DNA of 49,143 bases from Parcubacteria group bacterium GW2011_GWA1_47_8 (GTDB lineage Bacteria; Patescibacteriota; Minisyncoccia; Phycocordibacterales; UBA1550), in assembly GCA_000996605.1 (NCBI GenBank), contig LCOP01000006.1:1-49143 (forward strand), in the 5' to 3' direction. The position numbers were made by a program, and so were the translations under genes. Position 1 is the stretch's first letter; every line of letters starts with the position of its first letter. The notes beneath the pieces are model-generated. The model was not told the origin of the DNA and searched no databases. It worked only from the letters and a program-made list of their open reading frames with translations. This document shows positions 37,161-45,825 of the stretch, in pieces.

Positions 37161-38093
37161 ATGTCGCACAATCTTGACCTGCAGACGCTCAAGAGGCAAT
37201 TTTTCGAACATTTGGAAATCGAAAAAGGGCGAAGCCTGAAGACGATAGAAAATTACGAACGGTATCTTGCGCGATTTTTGGCGTTTGCAAAGGTTTCCGA
37301 CCCGCACGCGATCACCGACGACATGGTGCGCGAGTTTCGTTTGTGGCTCAATCGCCAACCCTCCGGCGTGAAAAGCGGCGGCCACGCGGAAACACTCAAG
37401 AAAAAAACACAGAACTATTATTTGATCGCGCTCCGAAGTTTTCTCAAATATTTGCGCAAGCGTGGCATCGAATCACTCTCCCCCGAGCGCATCGACCTCG
37501 CGAAAGTTGCCGAACGCGACCTTGACCTCATCTCGGCGAGTGACTTGGAGCGACTGCTTGCGGCACCAAATGGGAGCGATCTCAAAAGTTTGCGCGACAA
37601 GGCAATCCTCGAACTCTTTTTTTCCACCGGACTCCGCCTTTCCGAACTCTGCTCCCTTCCGCGCGATCTTGATATCGAAAAAGACGAATTTTCCGTGCGG
37701 GGCAAGGGTGAAAAAGTACGCGTGGTATTTCTCTCTGAACATGCGCGTGCCGCAATACAAGCATATTTTGCCAGGCGTACTGATATGGATGATGCGCTTT
37801 TTGTGCGGGTGGAAACAAAAATGTCCGAGGGTCATGGCGTCTCCCTTCGCCTCACTCCTCGCTCCATTGAGCGTATCGTGAAATACTATGCGACCAAAGC
37901 CGGCATTTCAAAAAAGGTTACTCCGCATGTCATTCGACATTTGTTCGCGACCGATTTGTTGCAAAATGGTGCGGACATCCGATCCGTGCAAATGATGCTT
38001 GGGCATTCAAACATTGCGACGACGCAGATTTACACCCACATTACCGATAAGCAGTTGCGTGATGTTCATAAGAAGTTTCACGGCAAAAAATAG
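37161..38093 (+). CDS. XerC/XerD-type tyrosine recombinase
   Basis: GLRLSEL, RGKGEK, HVIRH, LGHS and TTQIY catalytic set; N-terminal SAM-like domain. Confidence 0.93.
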   Translation: MSHNLDLQTLKRQFFEHLEIEKGRSLKTIENYERYLARFLAFAKVSDPHAITDDMVREFRLWLNRQPSGVKSGGHAETLKKKTQNYYLIALRSFLKYLRKRGIESLSPERIDLAKVAERDLDLISASDLERLLAAPNGSDLKSLRDKAILELFFSTGLRLSELCSLPRDLDIEKDEFSVRGKGEKVRVVFLSEHARAAIQAYFARRTDMDDALFVRVETKMSEGHGVSLRLTPRSIERIVKYYATKAGISKKVTPHVIRHLFATDLLQNGADIRSVQMMLGHSNIATTQIYTHITDKQLRDVHKKFHGKK

Positions 38094-38129
38094 AGTAGTC
38101 CCGTATTAATTCTTTGCCACTTTTTTCCC

Positions 38130-38324
38130 TTATTTTAGATCCATCATCTTTCCTTTCATTTTTTCAAAATATGCGATAAGCTCGGCGTCGCTCCACGTTA
38201 CTCTGTCCATCAGTCTGTTCGTTGATGGAAGACGATGCATGATTTTGCCTACCGTTTGTACCATTTTTCTCAACCTTTCCAATAGTTCTTTGCGAGATGC
38301 TGGCGTGTCTTCGGGTGTGTCCAT
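38130..38324 (-). CDS. Hypothetical protein
   Basis: 64 aa with AAGGAGG Shine-Dalgarno upstream. Confidence 0.6.
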   Translation of the reverse strand: MDTPEDTPASRKELLERLRKMVQTVGKIMHRLPSTNRLMDRVTWSDAELIAYFEKMKGKMMDLK

Positions 38325-38422
38325 AAAAACCTCCTTTTGCGGTGAAATATCGTACGAACTTTTTTCATGGTACCTTATTTTCGTGATTTCGTCGAATGTT
38401 GTTTGTCGGCTATAATGACTTT

Positions 38423-39193
38423 ATGAAACTACTTTCATGGAACGTGAACGGTTTGCGGGCGATTCACAAAAAAGGAAACTTTGCGGATCTGCTCAAGACC
38501 AACACGGATATTTTTTGTTTGCAGGAAACAAAAGTAGAAGTGGATCAATTACCGGAGGAGGTGCGGAATCCCGCAGGGTATTTCTCATATTTCAGTCATT
38601 CAAAGATGCGCAAGGGTTATAGTGGGGTTGCCGTTTATTCGAAAATAAAGCCGGAAAAGGTTGAAGAAGGTATGGGTCTGGAAGAATTTGATAAAGAAGG
38701 GCGCCTCCTTGTCCTTTACTATCCCGACTTTGTCCTTTTGAATTGTTACTTCCCCAACGGTGGCGGCGGACCCGAGCGCTTGCAATACAAACTCGATTTT
38801 TATGATCACTTTTTGAAATTCGTCGAGAAACTTCGCAAGAAAAATCACAAGATTATTATCTGCGGCGATGTGAATACCGCGCATGAAGAAGTCGATCTCG
38901 CACGGCCAAAAGAAAACAAGAAAAACACGGGGTTCCTTCCTGAAGAACGCGCATGGATTGACGAACTTATTTATCACGGTTATGTGGATATTTTTCGTCA
39001 CTTGCATCCACATACGCTGGATGTTTATACGTATTGGGATATAAAGACCAGCGCCCGCGACCGCAACGTCGGCTGGCGTATTGATTACTTCTTCGTGAGC
39101 CCCGACCTCCTCCCCCGTGTGAAGCATGCCACCATGCTTACCGACTTTTATGGCTCGGATCATTGTCCGATTGCGTTGGAATTAAAAGATTGA
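38423..39193 (+). CDS. xth: Exodeoxyribonuclease III
   Basis: SWNVNGLRA, LQETK, GDVN, GWRIDY, SDHCP. Confidence 0.96.
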   Translation: MKLLSWNVNGLRAIHKKGNFADLLKTNTDIFCLQETKVEVDQLPEEVRNPAGYFSYFSHSKMRKGYSGVAVYSKIKPEKVEEGMGLEEFDKEGRLLVLYYPDFVLLNCYFPNGGGGPERLQYKLDFYDHFLKFVEKLRKKNHKIIICGDVNTAHEEVDLARPKENKKNTGFLPEERAWIDELIYHGYVDIFRHLHPHTLDVYTYWDIKTSARDRNVGWRIDYFFVSPDLLPRVKHATMLTDFYGSDHCPIALELKD

Positions 39194-39228
39194 CAAGATA
39201 TGATAATTTAGTATGATAATATCATATC
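39190..39228 (+). promoter_or_regulatory. TA operon promoter with an overlapping inverted-repeat operator
   Basis: TTGACA-16-TATGAT; GATATGATA...TATCATATC inverted repeat. Confidence 0.6.
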
Positions 39229-39323
39229 AGTAATATAGAGTACTATATTAGCTCCTCGGCTCGGAGCTGTAAAAGATTACTTCTACAGCTCTCTCGCTTT
39301 ACGTCGCTAATAATATAAATCAT

Positions 39324-39542
39324 ATGTCCACACTATCTGTCCCATTGTCACCAGAACTAGAGAAATTCATTAATAGTCAAGTAAAAAGTGGCAACGCAGC
39401 CAACAAAGCTGATGTTGTTCGTCGTGCCCTCACCCGTTTTTCTGAAGATGAGGCAGTGCGCGCTGTGCTTGAGGCATCCCAAGAAGTGAAAGATGGCAAA
39501 GTATTGCGCGGGGATTTGCGCGAACTTGCGAAAAGAATCTAA
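39324..39542 (+). CDS. ParD-like ribbon-helix-helix antitoxin
   Basis: LSVPLSPELEKFINSQVKSG..NKADVVRRAL. Confidence 0.85.
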   Translation: MSTLSVPLSPELEKFINSQVKSGNAANKADVVRRALTRFSEDEAVRAVLEASQEVKDGKVLRGDLRELAKRI

Positions 39543-39544
39543 TT

Positions 39545-39811
39545 ATGAAAGTTGCTTACACGCCTAGATTTTTGAGATTCTATAAGAAGTTACCAGCGGG
39601 TTTACAGGATGAGGTAATTGAAAAGATAGACCTGTTTAAGGACGTCAACAATCACCAGCGACTGGAAGTACACAAATTAAAAGGGAGACTGAAAAAATTC
39701 TATGGCTTCTCGGTTGATTATAAAAATCGTATCGTTTTTGAGTACATGTCCAAAAATGAGATAGTACTCTTGGCGGTCGGTGATCATGAAATTTATAAAA
39801 TGTTTTTGTAA
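39545..39811 (+). CDS. RelE/ParE-superfamily toxin (RelE/YafQ-like mRNA interferase)
   Basis: YTPRFLRFYKKL, HKLKG, SVDYKNRIVF, VGDHEIY; 2 nt after the antitoxin. Confidence 0.88.
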   Translation: MKVAYTPRFLRFYKKLPAGLQDEVIEKIDLFKDVNNHQRLEVHKLKGRLKKFYGFSVDYKNRIVFEYMSKNEIVLLAVGDHEIYKMFL

Positions 39812-39813
39812 AC

Positions 39814-40062
39814 ATGAACAAAAAGACAAAAGAAAAAGAAGCAGAAACAAGTGGCTGGGCTTTTGCCATTGTGAATAGAAAACTTTCTGAGATATTTTTT
39901 AAGGTAAGGAATGGCAAGATGTCAGTATATGCGCATTGTTATGTAGAGGAAAGCGAATATAAGGCGAAATGGGAGAAAAAAGCAATACAAAACGACACCG
40001 AGAAGTACAGGTTCATTTGGCGAAACAAGGAATACAAGCGGGTTCAACCAAAAACTATTTGA
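39814..40062 (+). CDS. Hypothetical basic protein
   Basis: 82 aa, starts 2 nt after the toxin stop. Confidence 0.6.
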   Translation: MNKKTKEKEAETSGWAFAIVNRKLSEIFFKVRNGKMSVYAHCYVEESEYKAKWEKKAIQNDTEKYRFIWRNKEYKRVQPKTI

Positions 40063-40831
40063 TCACCTTACTCTTGTCATACTCATCCCCTAGTCTTGAC
40101 CAGAGCATCTCGAAGATTTGTTTCATTGCTTTTGCTACGGTTGGAGATTCGATGATGACGCCGACGGAGGTATCAAAGAAAATGATCTTTACGAAATTTT
40201 GGTAAAATTCAAATGAGGCATTTGAGCTATAAAGTTCTTTCGGAATGAATTTCGGGGTGAATGTTGCATCCTTGATGTATTTTTCGAATCCTTTCAAAGT
40301 TTCCGCCTCGGTGAGTAAGCCACGTACCTTGATGTTGTGCGCAATTCGATATTCGTTGAATTCAAGCGATGCCGCATAGGTTTCTTGCGTCGCAAAGTCC
40401 GGGTCTGCATAAAATCCCACTATCTCCGTGTCGCGCAGTTCTTTTATGCGGTACATTAGCGCTTGTTTGAGTCCTTCCTTGCCTTCAAAATACAGGACGG
40501 TCGGCTTGTCCGCCACACCCCCCTTGAGCGCTTGGAGTTCAGGGAGGTTCTTTTTTGCTTCAAGCAATTTTTGCTCGCGCTCCTCGTAGATCACTTCAGG
40601 TGGGCGGGCAATGTAGGTGTGTTTGTCGCCAGGGGCTTTGACGGCATAACCTTTTTCAACAAGCTCGTTCGCTATAACATACGCAGTCGGGCGCTTGAGA
40701 CCGCTTCGTTTCGCCATTTTGTAGGGGGTTGATGGGCCAAGCTGGAGAAGCACGAAATATATTTTTGCTTCCTTTTCGCTAAGACCCAATGTCTCAAGAG
40801 TTTTAAGTAAATGGTCTTTATTGTCTGCCAT
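40055..40831 (-). CDS. TrmB-family transcriptional regulator
   Basis: LGLSEKEAKIY..LL..G, SGLKRPTAY wHTH, YFEGKEGL linker, C-terminal FEMLW. Confidence 0.9.
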   Translation of the reverse strand: MADNKDHLLKTLETLGLSEKEAKIYFVLLQLGPSTPYKMAKRSGLKRPTAYVIANELVEKGYAVKAPGDKHTYIARPPEVIYEEREQKLLEAKKNLPELQALKGGVADKPTVLYFEGKEGLKQALMYRIKELRDTEIVGFYADPDFATQETYAASLEFNEYRIAHNIKVRGLLTEAETLKGFEKYIKDATFTPKFIPKELYSSNASFEFYQNFVKIIFFDTSVGVIIESPTVAKAMKQIFEMLWSRLGDEYDKSKVIK

Positions 40832-40860
40832 ACATATAGCATACACCCATTTTAATAATA

Positions 40861-40875
40861 GTCAATAATTTTGAC
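40861..40875. promoter_or_regulatory. Candidate TrmB operator overlapping the -35 of the trmB promoter
   Basis: GTCAA-taatt-TTGAC; the minus strand reads TTGACT-16-TATGCT-6-ATG. Confidence 0.5.
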
Positions 40876-40884
40876 AAATGTTTG

Positions 40885-40933
40885 GTAAAATAGCCGAAAT
40901 ACCTTGAAATACAAGGCACTTCGGCTATTTTAC
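40885..40933. repeat. Inverted repeat between the divergent promoters
   Basis: GTAAAATAGCCGAA...TTCGGCTATTTTAC 14-bp arms with inner CTTG/CAAG. Confidence 0.85.
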
Positions 40934-40966
40934 GGCATGCTACCAGTCACAAACTAGACACATTGC

Positions 40967-40995
40967 TTGACATTTTGTAAAGAGTTTGCTACGAT
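40967..40995 (+). promoter_or_regulatory. Near-consensus sigma70 promoter
   Basis: TTGACA-17 bp-TACGAT with a TGn extension. Confidence 0.75.
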
Positions 40996-41073
40996 ATCAC
41001 CAGAGAAGTTAAGTACATTGATACCGCGGATATCCGCAACCGCGCCCCCGGTATGTGGGTAAAGGAGATTGAC

Positions 41074-41385
41074 ATGAGCAAATTCTGTGTGGTTGGTGTG
41101 GAGATGTTGGGAGGCTGTGCCATTTACGCTGACGGTATGCGCTTCGAAAGCCGCCCCGTCCAAATGGCCCCCCGTGTTTGCGACTCACTCGGCAAAGCGA
41201 CTTCCCTGGTTAACTTTCTACATCATAACCGGCATTCTTACAGGGAATACGGAATTGATGATATAAAGGACCTCGTTGTTTACGAGGTTGGGGATGATTG
41301 TCTTGACGATCTAGATGATATCGATACTGATCTCATTATGGCGAAAGCCCTAATGAGATACGATTATCATTTTGGTGAATCGTGA
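41074..41385 (+). CDS. Hypothetical protein
   Basis: AAGGAGATTGAC-ATG SD; 103 aa with an acidic C-terminus. Confidence 0.75.
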   Translation: MSKFCVVGVEMLGGCAIYADGMRFESRPVQMAPRVCDSLGKATSLVNFLHHNRHSYREYGIDDIKDLVVYEVGDDCLDDLDDIDTDLIMAKALMRYDYHFGES

Positions 41386-41976
41386 GCCTACTCCCACGCA
41401 ATCCCCTGCGTGAAATAAATACGGGTGTTATCCAACGGCATAAGCGGGGATTCTGGCGAATACATAAGTCAGAGCGAGACCGCAGTTGGGAGCTCCACTC
41501 AGGATATGTGCTCGAAATCCTCGCTAAAGCCAAAGCGTAATAATGGCTGGACAAGTTTAGTAGCGGAATTTTCGCTCCTTGTCGTGGCGAGTTGAGTGTT
41601 TCACTCCTCCTCGCCATCTTTATCAGGAACATAACGTGTTTGTGTTTCTGTAGAGATTCGGTTCTTTGAAAGAAAATTGCGCGAAGTGCCATCCGTCAGG
41701 ATGAGCTCACCGTGGGGGCGGGCGCAAGATATGTGGAACCCCCAAGTGCAAAACCGTGATGGTTGCTCCGGGTTACTGTTTTCACTAGTGGATAAGGAAT
41801 TCCATAAATGAAGGCAACGAGTCGCTGGTAGGCACACTAGCGGCAGACCACACATGATAGTCATATAAACTATTTTGTGCGTTGCGGGTACCGCAATGTA
41901 ATTCTGTAAACAGTGACCACACACTGCAAACAGAAAAAAGCCATGGCGAGCAAAACATCGCTCGCCATCTTTATCA
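41386..41976 (+). ncRNA. Candidate structured non-coding RNA(s) of unknown family
   Basis: About 600 nt with no + strand ORF of 60 aa or more, a dense series of hairpins, and two units that both end TGGCGAG...CTCGCCATCTTTATCA. Confidence 0.45.
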
Positions 41977-42042
41977 AGATTTTAAACATGGGGTTTGAAA
42001 TTTTGTAGAGATGAAGTTCTTTATAAACAAAAGGAGATTCCG

Positions 42043-42294
42043 ATGAGTGATCGTACTGCAAATTTGAAAGGCAAGATAGTTGGTTTTGCGAGCGATGGAA
42101 GTTGGGTGGTCGTTAGGACGGATGTCGGCAACGCGTATCTGGACATTGATGATGCGCTGGACTACCGCTTGCGTGTAGGTGACGATATCGAAGTCGAGGA
42201 GGCGAGCTGGTATCTGTCGAACGGGCAGATTGTGACCATTCTCGGTTACAAATATTCACTTAACGGCGTATGGCGTACCATTTCTGAAACTTAA
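42043..42294 (+). CDS. Hypothetical small beta-barrel (OB-like) protein
   Basis: AAGGAG SD; LKGKIVG...LRVGDDIEVE pattern. Confidence 0.75.
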   Translation: MSDRTANLKGKIVGFASDGSWVVVRTDVGNAYLDIDDALDYRLRVGDDIEVEEASWYLSNGQIVTILGYKYSLNGVWRTISET

Positions 42295-42314
42295 AACATC
42301 ACAAGGAGATTGAC

Positions 42315-42590
42315 ATGAATGTAAAGACAAAGTTTTCTTTGGCGCTTATCCCCGCTGTCTTGTTTGTCATTGTTGCGGAAGCAACAATACCGGCGCTCAT
42401 CGCGCGTCTTGCGATGTGGGCAGGGGCATACAAGGTTTTTGCCGTCCTCCTCGGAATCGCTACATTTGTAGCGATTCTCCTCACATCAATCTTTGCGATT
42501 CTCGCGGTTGATGCGGAGATGATGGTGACGACCAAGACAGGCGATGACAAGGTAGTTCCATTACGATCTTTCAAAGGAGGCATGAAATGA
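42315..42590 (+). CDS. Small two-TM membrane protein
   Basis: AAGGAGATTGAC-ATG; two hydrophobic stretches. Confidence 0.75.
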   Translation: MNVKTKFSLALIPAVLFVIVAEATIPALIARLAMWAGAYKVFAVLLGIATFVAILLTSIFAILAVDAEMMVTTKTGDDKVVPLRSFKGGMK

Positions 42591-42763
42591 AAAACAAACG
42601 ATTCGCACCGCGCCTTCCGCAGGAAGCACAAGAAAGATTACGCCAAGGATCGGCGCACAAAAACAAAAAGCGGTATGACCGCAAAAAGAACACAAAGTTC
42701 ACCAAGGAAGCTCACAAAAGCTTCCTTTTTTTGTTTCCTCTATTACATAGGCCTACTACATAG
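42587..42763 (+). CDS. 58-aa basic protein, candidate ArfA/BrfA-like ribosome rescue factor (absent from the ORF track)
   Basis: AAAGGAGG SD and ATGA overlap; MKNKRFAPRLPQEAQERLRQGSAHKNKKRYDRKKNTKFTKEAHKSFLFLFPLLHRPTT*. Confidence 0.55.
   Translation: MKNKRFAPRLPQEAQERLRQGSAHKNKKRYDRKKNTKFTKEAHKSFLFLFPLLHRPTT
42704..42732 (+). terminator. Intrinsic terminator inside the 58-aa ORF
   Basis: AAGGAAGCT-CACAAA-AGCTTCCTT-TTTTT. Confidence 0.8.
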
Positions 42764-42964
42764 GCCTCGCCTATGTAAACTTATTTAACTTCATGCCTTT
42801 TGTGTATGACGGCGAAATGTTTCCGTTGAGTATCGTATCATTGTGATACGATAAACACCCCCTTTTGATACGATTCTCGGGGTTTCCTCCTATCCATGCA
42901 TTGACCATATTGGCGGAGGCATGGTGGGCTGACGAGGAATCCGAATTTTTGGTATAATCATCTC

Positions 42965-43594
42965 ATGAAAGACACCACAAAAAAGAAAATTTTTCAGTTT
43001 AAAATTACTCTTAATTACAGCACGCCAAAAATATGGCGACGAATTCAGGTCCCCGCAGAGTATACATTTTTTGATTTACACGTTGCTATTCAGGATGCCA
43101 TGGGATGGACTGATTCGCACTTGCACGGATTTCGTATCACGCAGAAAGACGGCCTGCGCCCGATAGTTATCCAGTACCCAAATCCAGAAGAGAGCTTCGC
43201 GGATTATGGGGAACGCGACGAACGAAAAGAATTCATTGCTGATTATTTTGACAAAATAACTAAGCAGTGCGTATACGAGTATGATTTTGGGGATGGGTGG
43301 GTGCACACTGTTCTTTTTGAAAAAGAATTATCTCATGGAACAGGTATAAATTACCCACGATGCGCTGCGGGAAAGAACGCATGTCCTCCCGAAGACTGTG
43401 GCGGTGTCGGAGGATATGAAGATATGCAGAGTATTTTAAAAAATCCTAAACATCCAGAACGCAAGGAACTTCTCAGTTGGCTTTATCTTGAAAACGCAGA
43501 TGAATTTGACCCGAAGGAGTTTGATCTGGGCGAAGTTGTTTTTAATGATCCACGCGAAGTATTAAAAGAATACGAATTAAGGTTTGGCAGGTAA
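42965..43594 (+). CDS. Plasmid pRiA4b ORF-3 family (IS1096 passenger TnpR-like) protein
   Basis: IWRRIQVP, LHVAIQDAMGW.DSHLH.F, YEYDFGDGW, CPPEDCGG. Confidence 0.9.
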   Translation: MKDTTKKKIFQFKITLNYSTPKIWRRIQVPAEYTFFDLHVAIQDAMGWTDSHLHGFRITQKDGLRPIVIQYPNPEESFADYGERDERKEFIADYFDKITKQCVYEYDFGDGWVHTVLFEKELSHGTGINYPRCAAGKNACPPEDCGGVGGYEDMQSILKNPKHPERKELLSWLYLENADEFDPKEFDLGEVVFNDPREVLKEYELRFGR

Positions 43595-44045
43595 AAATAA
43601 TCCCAAGATAAATATGAAACAAAATACACATGATTTTCGAGACCAAGCAAATGACGCGCTGCTTTCACCGGAGGAAATTGGAACACTTAAAAAAGAATCA
43701 ACACAACGCTCCGGTTGCTGGGAAATTGATTGGGGGCCAGAGCCTTTTTCTCAGGCAATGGGCGGTGGCGAAAGCCGGCTCACACTCACGATGGTGGTTC
43801 ATCAAGAGTCGTATTTTATAATTGATACACTGGTAAGCCCTTCGGATGAAACAGAGAAAGGTGTGTCTGCTTTTGCGTCTGCGATTAAAAAACAGTTTCG
43901 TCTGCCGGAAACTATTGTGGTCCGTGATAAAGTTCTTCGCGACGAACTTGAACTGCTTGCCACAGCGTTGGGTTGTGATATCGTAGTGTCTCGCCTAAAA
44001 GCGATTCCGCAAATACGTAGAGATATGAAGCGATTTGTTGGTTGA
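43584..44045 (+). CDS. Hypothetical protein coupled to pRiA4b ORF-3
   Basis: Overlaps the upstream stop; start uncertain (43584 or 43614). Confidence 0.7.
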   Translation: MAGKNNPKINMKQNTHDFRDQANDALLSPEEIGTLKKESTQRSGCWEIDWGPEPFSQAMGGGESRLTLTMVVHQESYFIIDTLVSPSDETEKGVSAFASAIKKQFRLPETIVVRDKVLRDELELLATALGCDIVVSRLKAIPQIRRDMKRFVG

Positions 44046-44058
44046 TATGTTAAGTATT

Positions 44059-44481
44059 TTAGAGGTTGTCCCTCAGTGTCCTTAAAATCTCAGTAAAAGT
44101 TTCTTCAGAAACTCTATCGGACACGGAATCCTGCAAATGATAATGGTCGCCGAAGTTTGGGTCTTTGAATACTAGGTCACCTACGGTCACCTCTTTTTCA
44201 TAGCGAGGGCGAACGTGAAAATGGACTTGTGGTGCGTATGGTTTTTCTCGATAGGCGTGGTTCATCAAGCATGTCCAGTTAAACAGTGTTGTAGCGAAGG
44301 TTTTTTTGAGAAGGGACTCATATTTTTTAATAACTGCATGTAAATCAGAAAACTCATAACTTGTAAGCTCAGACAAGGATCCCCTTTTTGTTTTGCACTC
44401 AATATAAGCTCTTCCTAAATAGAGTTGATCCCCGGAAAGATTAACTTCCCAGTACTTTGATTCAAAAATTTGTCTGTCCAT
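44059..44481 (-). CDS. HIT-family protein
   Basis: DQLYLGR, NWTCLMN, VHFHVRPRY. Confidence 0.85.
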   Translation of the reverse strand: MDRQIFESKYWEVNLSGDQLYLGRAYIECKTKRGSLSELTSYEFSDLHAVIKKYESLLKKTFATTLFNWTCLMNHAYREKPYAPQVHFHVRPRYEKEVTVGDLVFKDPNFGDHYHLQDSVSDRVSEETFTEILRTLRDNL

Positions 44482-44485
44482 AAAA

Positions 44486-45825
44486 TTATTTCACCCCGTG
44501 GCGTTTGCGGATGACGGCGAGCTCGGCTTCTTCGGCCTCATCTTTCTTTTCCTTGCCTGCCTCACCGAGTTTCTTTAATTCATCAATCGGCAGTTTTGCG
44601 AGCTCGAGTGTGCGTTTCACGAGAAACTCCTCGGTGTTGTTCTCTGGCGTGTCTAAAACTTCTTCGAGAAGCGCGTGGAGGATGAAGCCGAGCTTTGGCC
44701 CCGGTGTTTCATGGGTAACCTCCATAATTTTTGCGCCATCGATCTTGAGCATCCCCACCGACACGGGCGCGCGCATCGCTTCTTCGATCATGGATTCGTA
44801 CTTGCGGAGGCGGTACGGGGTTTCCTTGGGGCGACCCATGCCGATGCGGTCGCAGGCGCGGACTTTCATGAGATCCCAGACGTTCTCGGGGCCGACGTTT
44901 CGCACGATACGGCGCACCGCCGAAAGCGTTATTTTGTCAATGTCCGAGAAGAAAAGATGATATCTCACAAGCAAAGAAACAACCTCGACGATCTTTTTCG
45001 GGTACTTGAGACGCTCAAGAGCTTTCTTTGTTACCCTGCCGCCCACCACATCGTGGCCATAAAATGTCCAATCTTTTTTCTCGTCCGACCAGCGACGCGT
45101 TTCGGGCTTGGAAACGTCATGAAACAGCGCGGCAAGTCGCACGTGGAGCGGCCACTGGCGGTCTGCAGAGTGTTGAAGCGCACGCAAATTGTGCTCCCAA
45201 ACGACATAAATATGGTCACCATTTTGCTCGACACCGATTCCCCTCTTGAGGTCAGGAGCGATATAGTCGAGGAGGCCAAGCTTTTCACACATAACAACGC
45301 CGATCATAGGGTTCGTAGACATGACCATTTTTGAGAACTCGTCGCGGATACGCTCCATGGCGATTTCTCTCAAATTGGGGGCTGTTTTTTGGATTGCCTC
45401 CCCTGTTGTCCTTTAGAATCATCATATGCGATGGCGTTGACGGTAAAGTCGCGGCGCATGAGGTCGTCCGGAAGTTTCGCGTGAAACGACACCGAATCAG
45501 GACGGCGCTTGTCACTGTAGGCTCCTTCTGTGCGATATGGAGTCACTTCGACTACTTTGAGTGTTTCGTCTTCTGTTTGCGAAACAACACCGACGGTACC
45601 ATAATCATTCTCGTAGAACGTTTCGGGAAATAACGCTTGAATTTGTTCAGGTTTTGCATCGGTGGTGATATCCCAATCTTTTGGTTTGATTTCCATAATC
45701 ATGTCGCGGACGCACCCGCCAACAAGATATGCCTCAAATCCCGCTTCGCGGATTACTGACGTTACACGGGAAACCTCGGTAGGAATCTTATAGGAAAGAT
45801 CGATTTTCTTTGGCGTGTGGGGCAT
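44486..45825 (-). pseudogene. cca: Class II CCA-adding enzyme with HD domain, split by an internal deletion and frameshift near 45400
   Basis: The 5' part has LVGGCVRD, KDWD and RRDFTVNAIA. The 3' part has ERIRDE, AALFHD.SKP and FYGHD. The DPFGG...EDxxR segment between them is missing. Confidence 0.85.

Noticed and set aside
37161..38093. Tyrosine recombinase as a prophage or ICE integrase
   Set aside because: Size and motifs fit a housekeeping Xer. It is flanked by rpsO and xth, with no att repeats, and I could not identify a dif site.
41386..41976. tmRNA, RNase P RNA, or group I/II intron
   Set aside because: No tRNA-like ends or tag ORF, no GAGGAAAGTCC, and no GUGYG start or domain V recognised by eye
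42880..42945. Hammerhead ribozyme (CTGACGA present)
   Set aside because: No stem II followed by GAAA in the required arrangement
45370..45420. Programmed frameshift in cca at the A-run
   Set aside because: A frameshift alone would not restore the roughly 50 missing conserved residues
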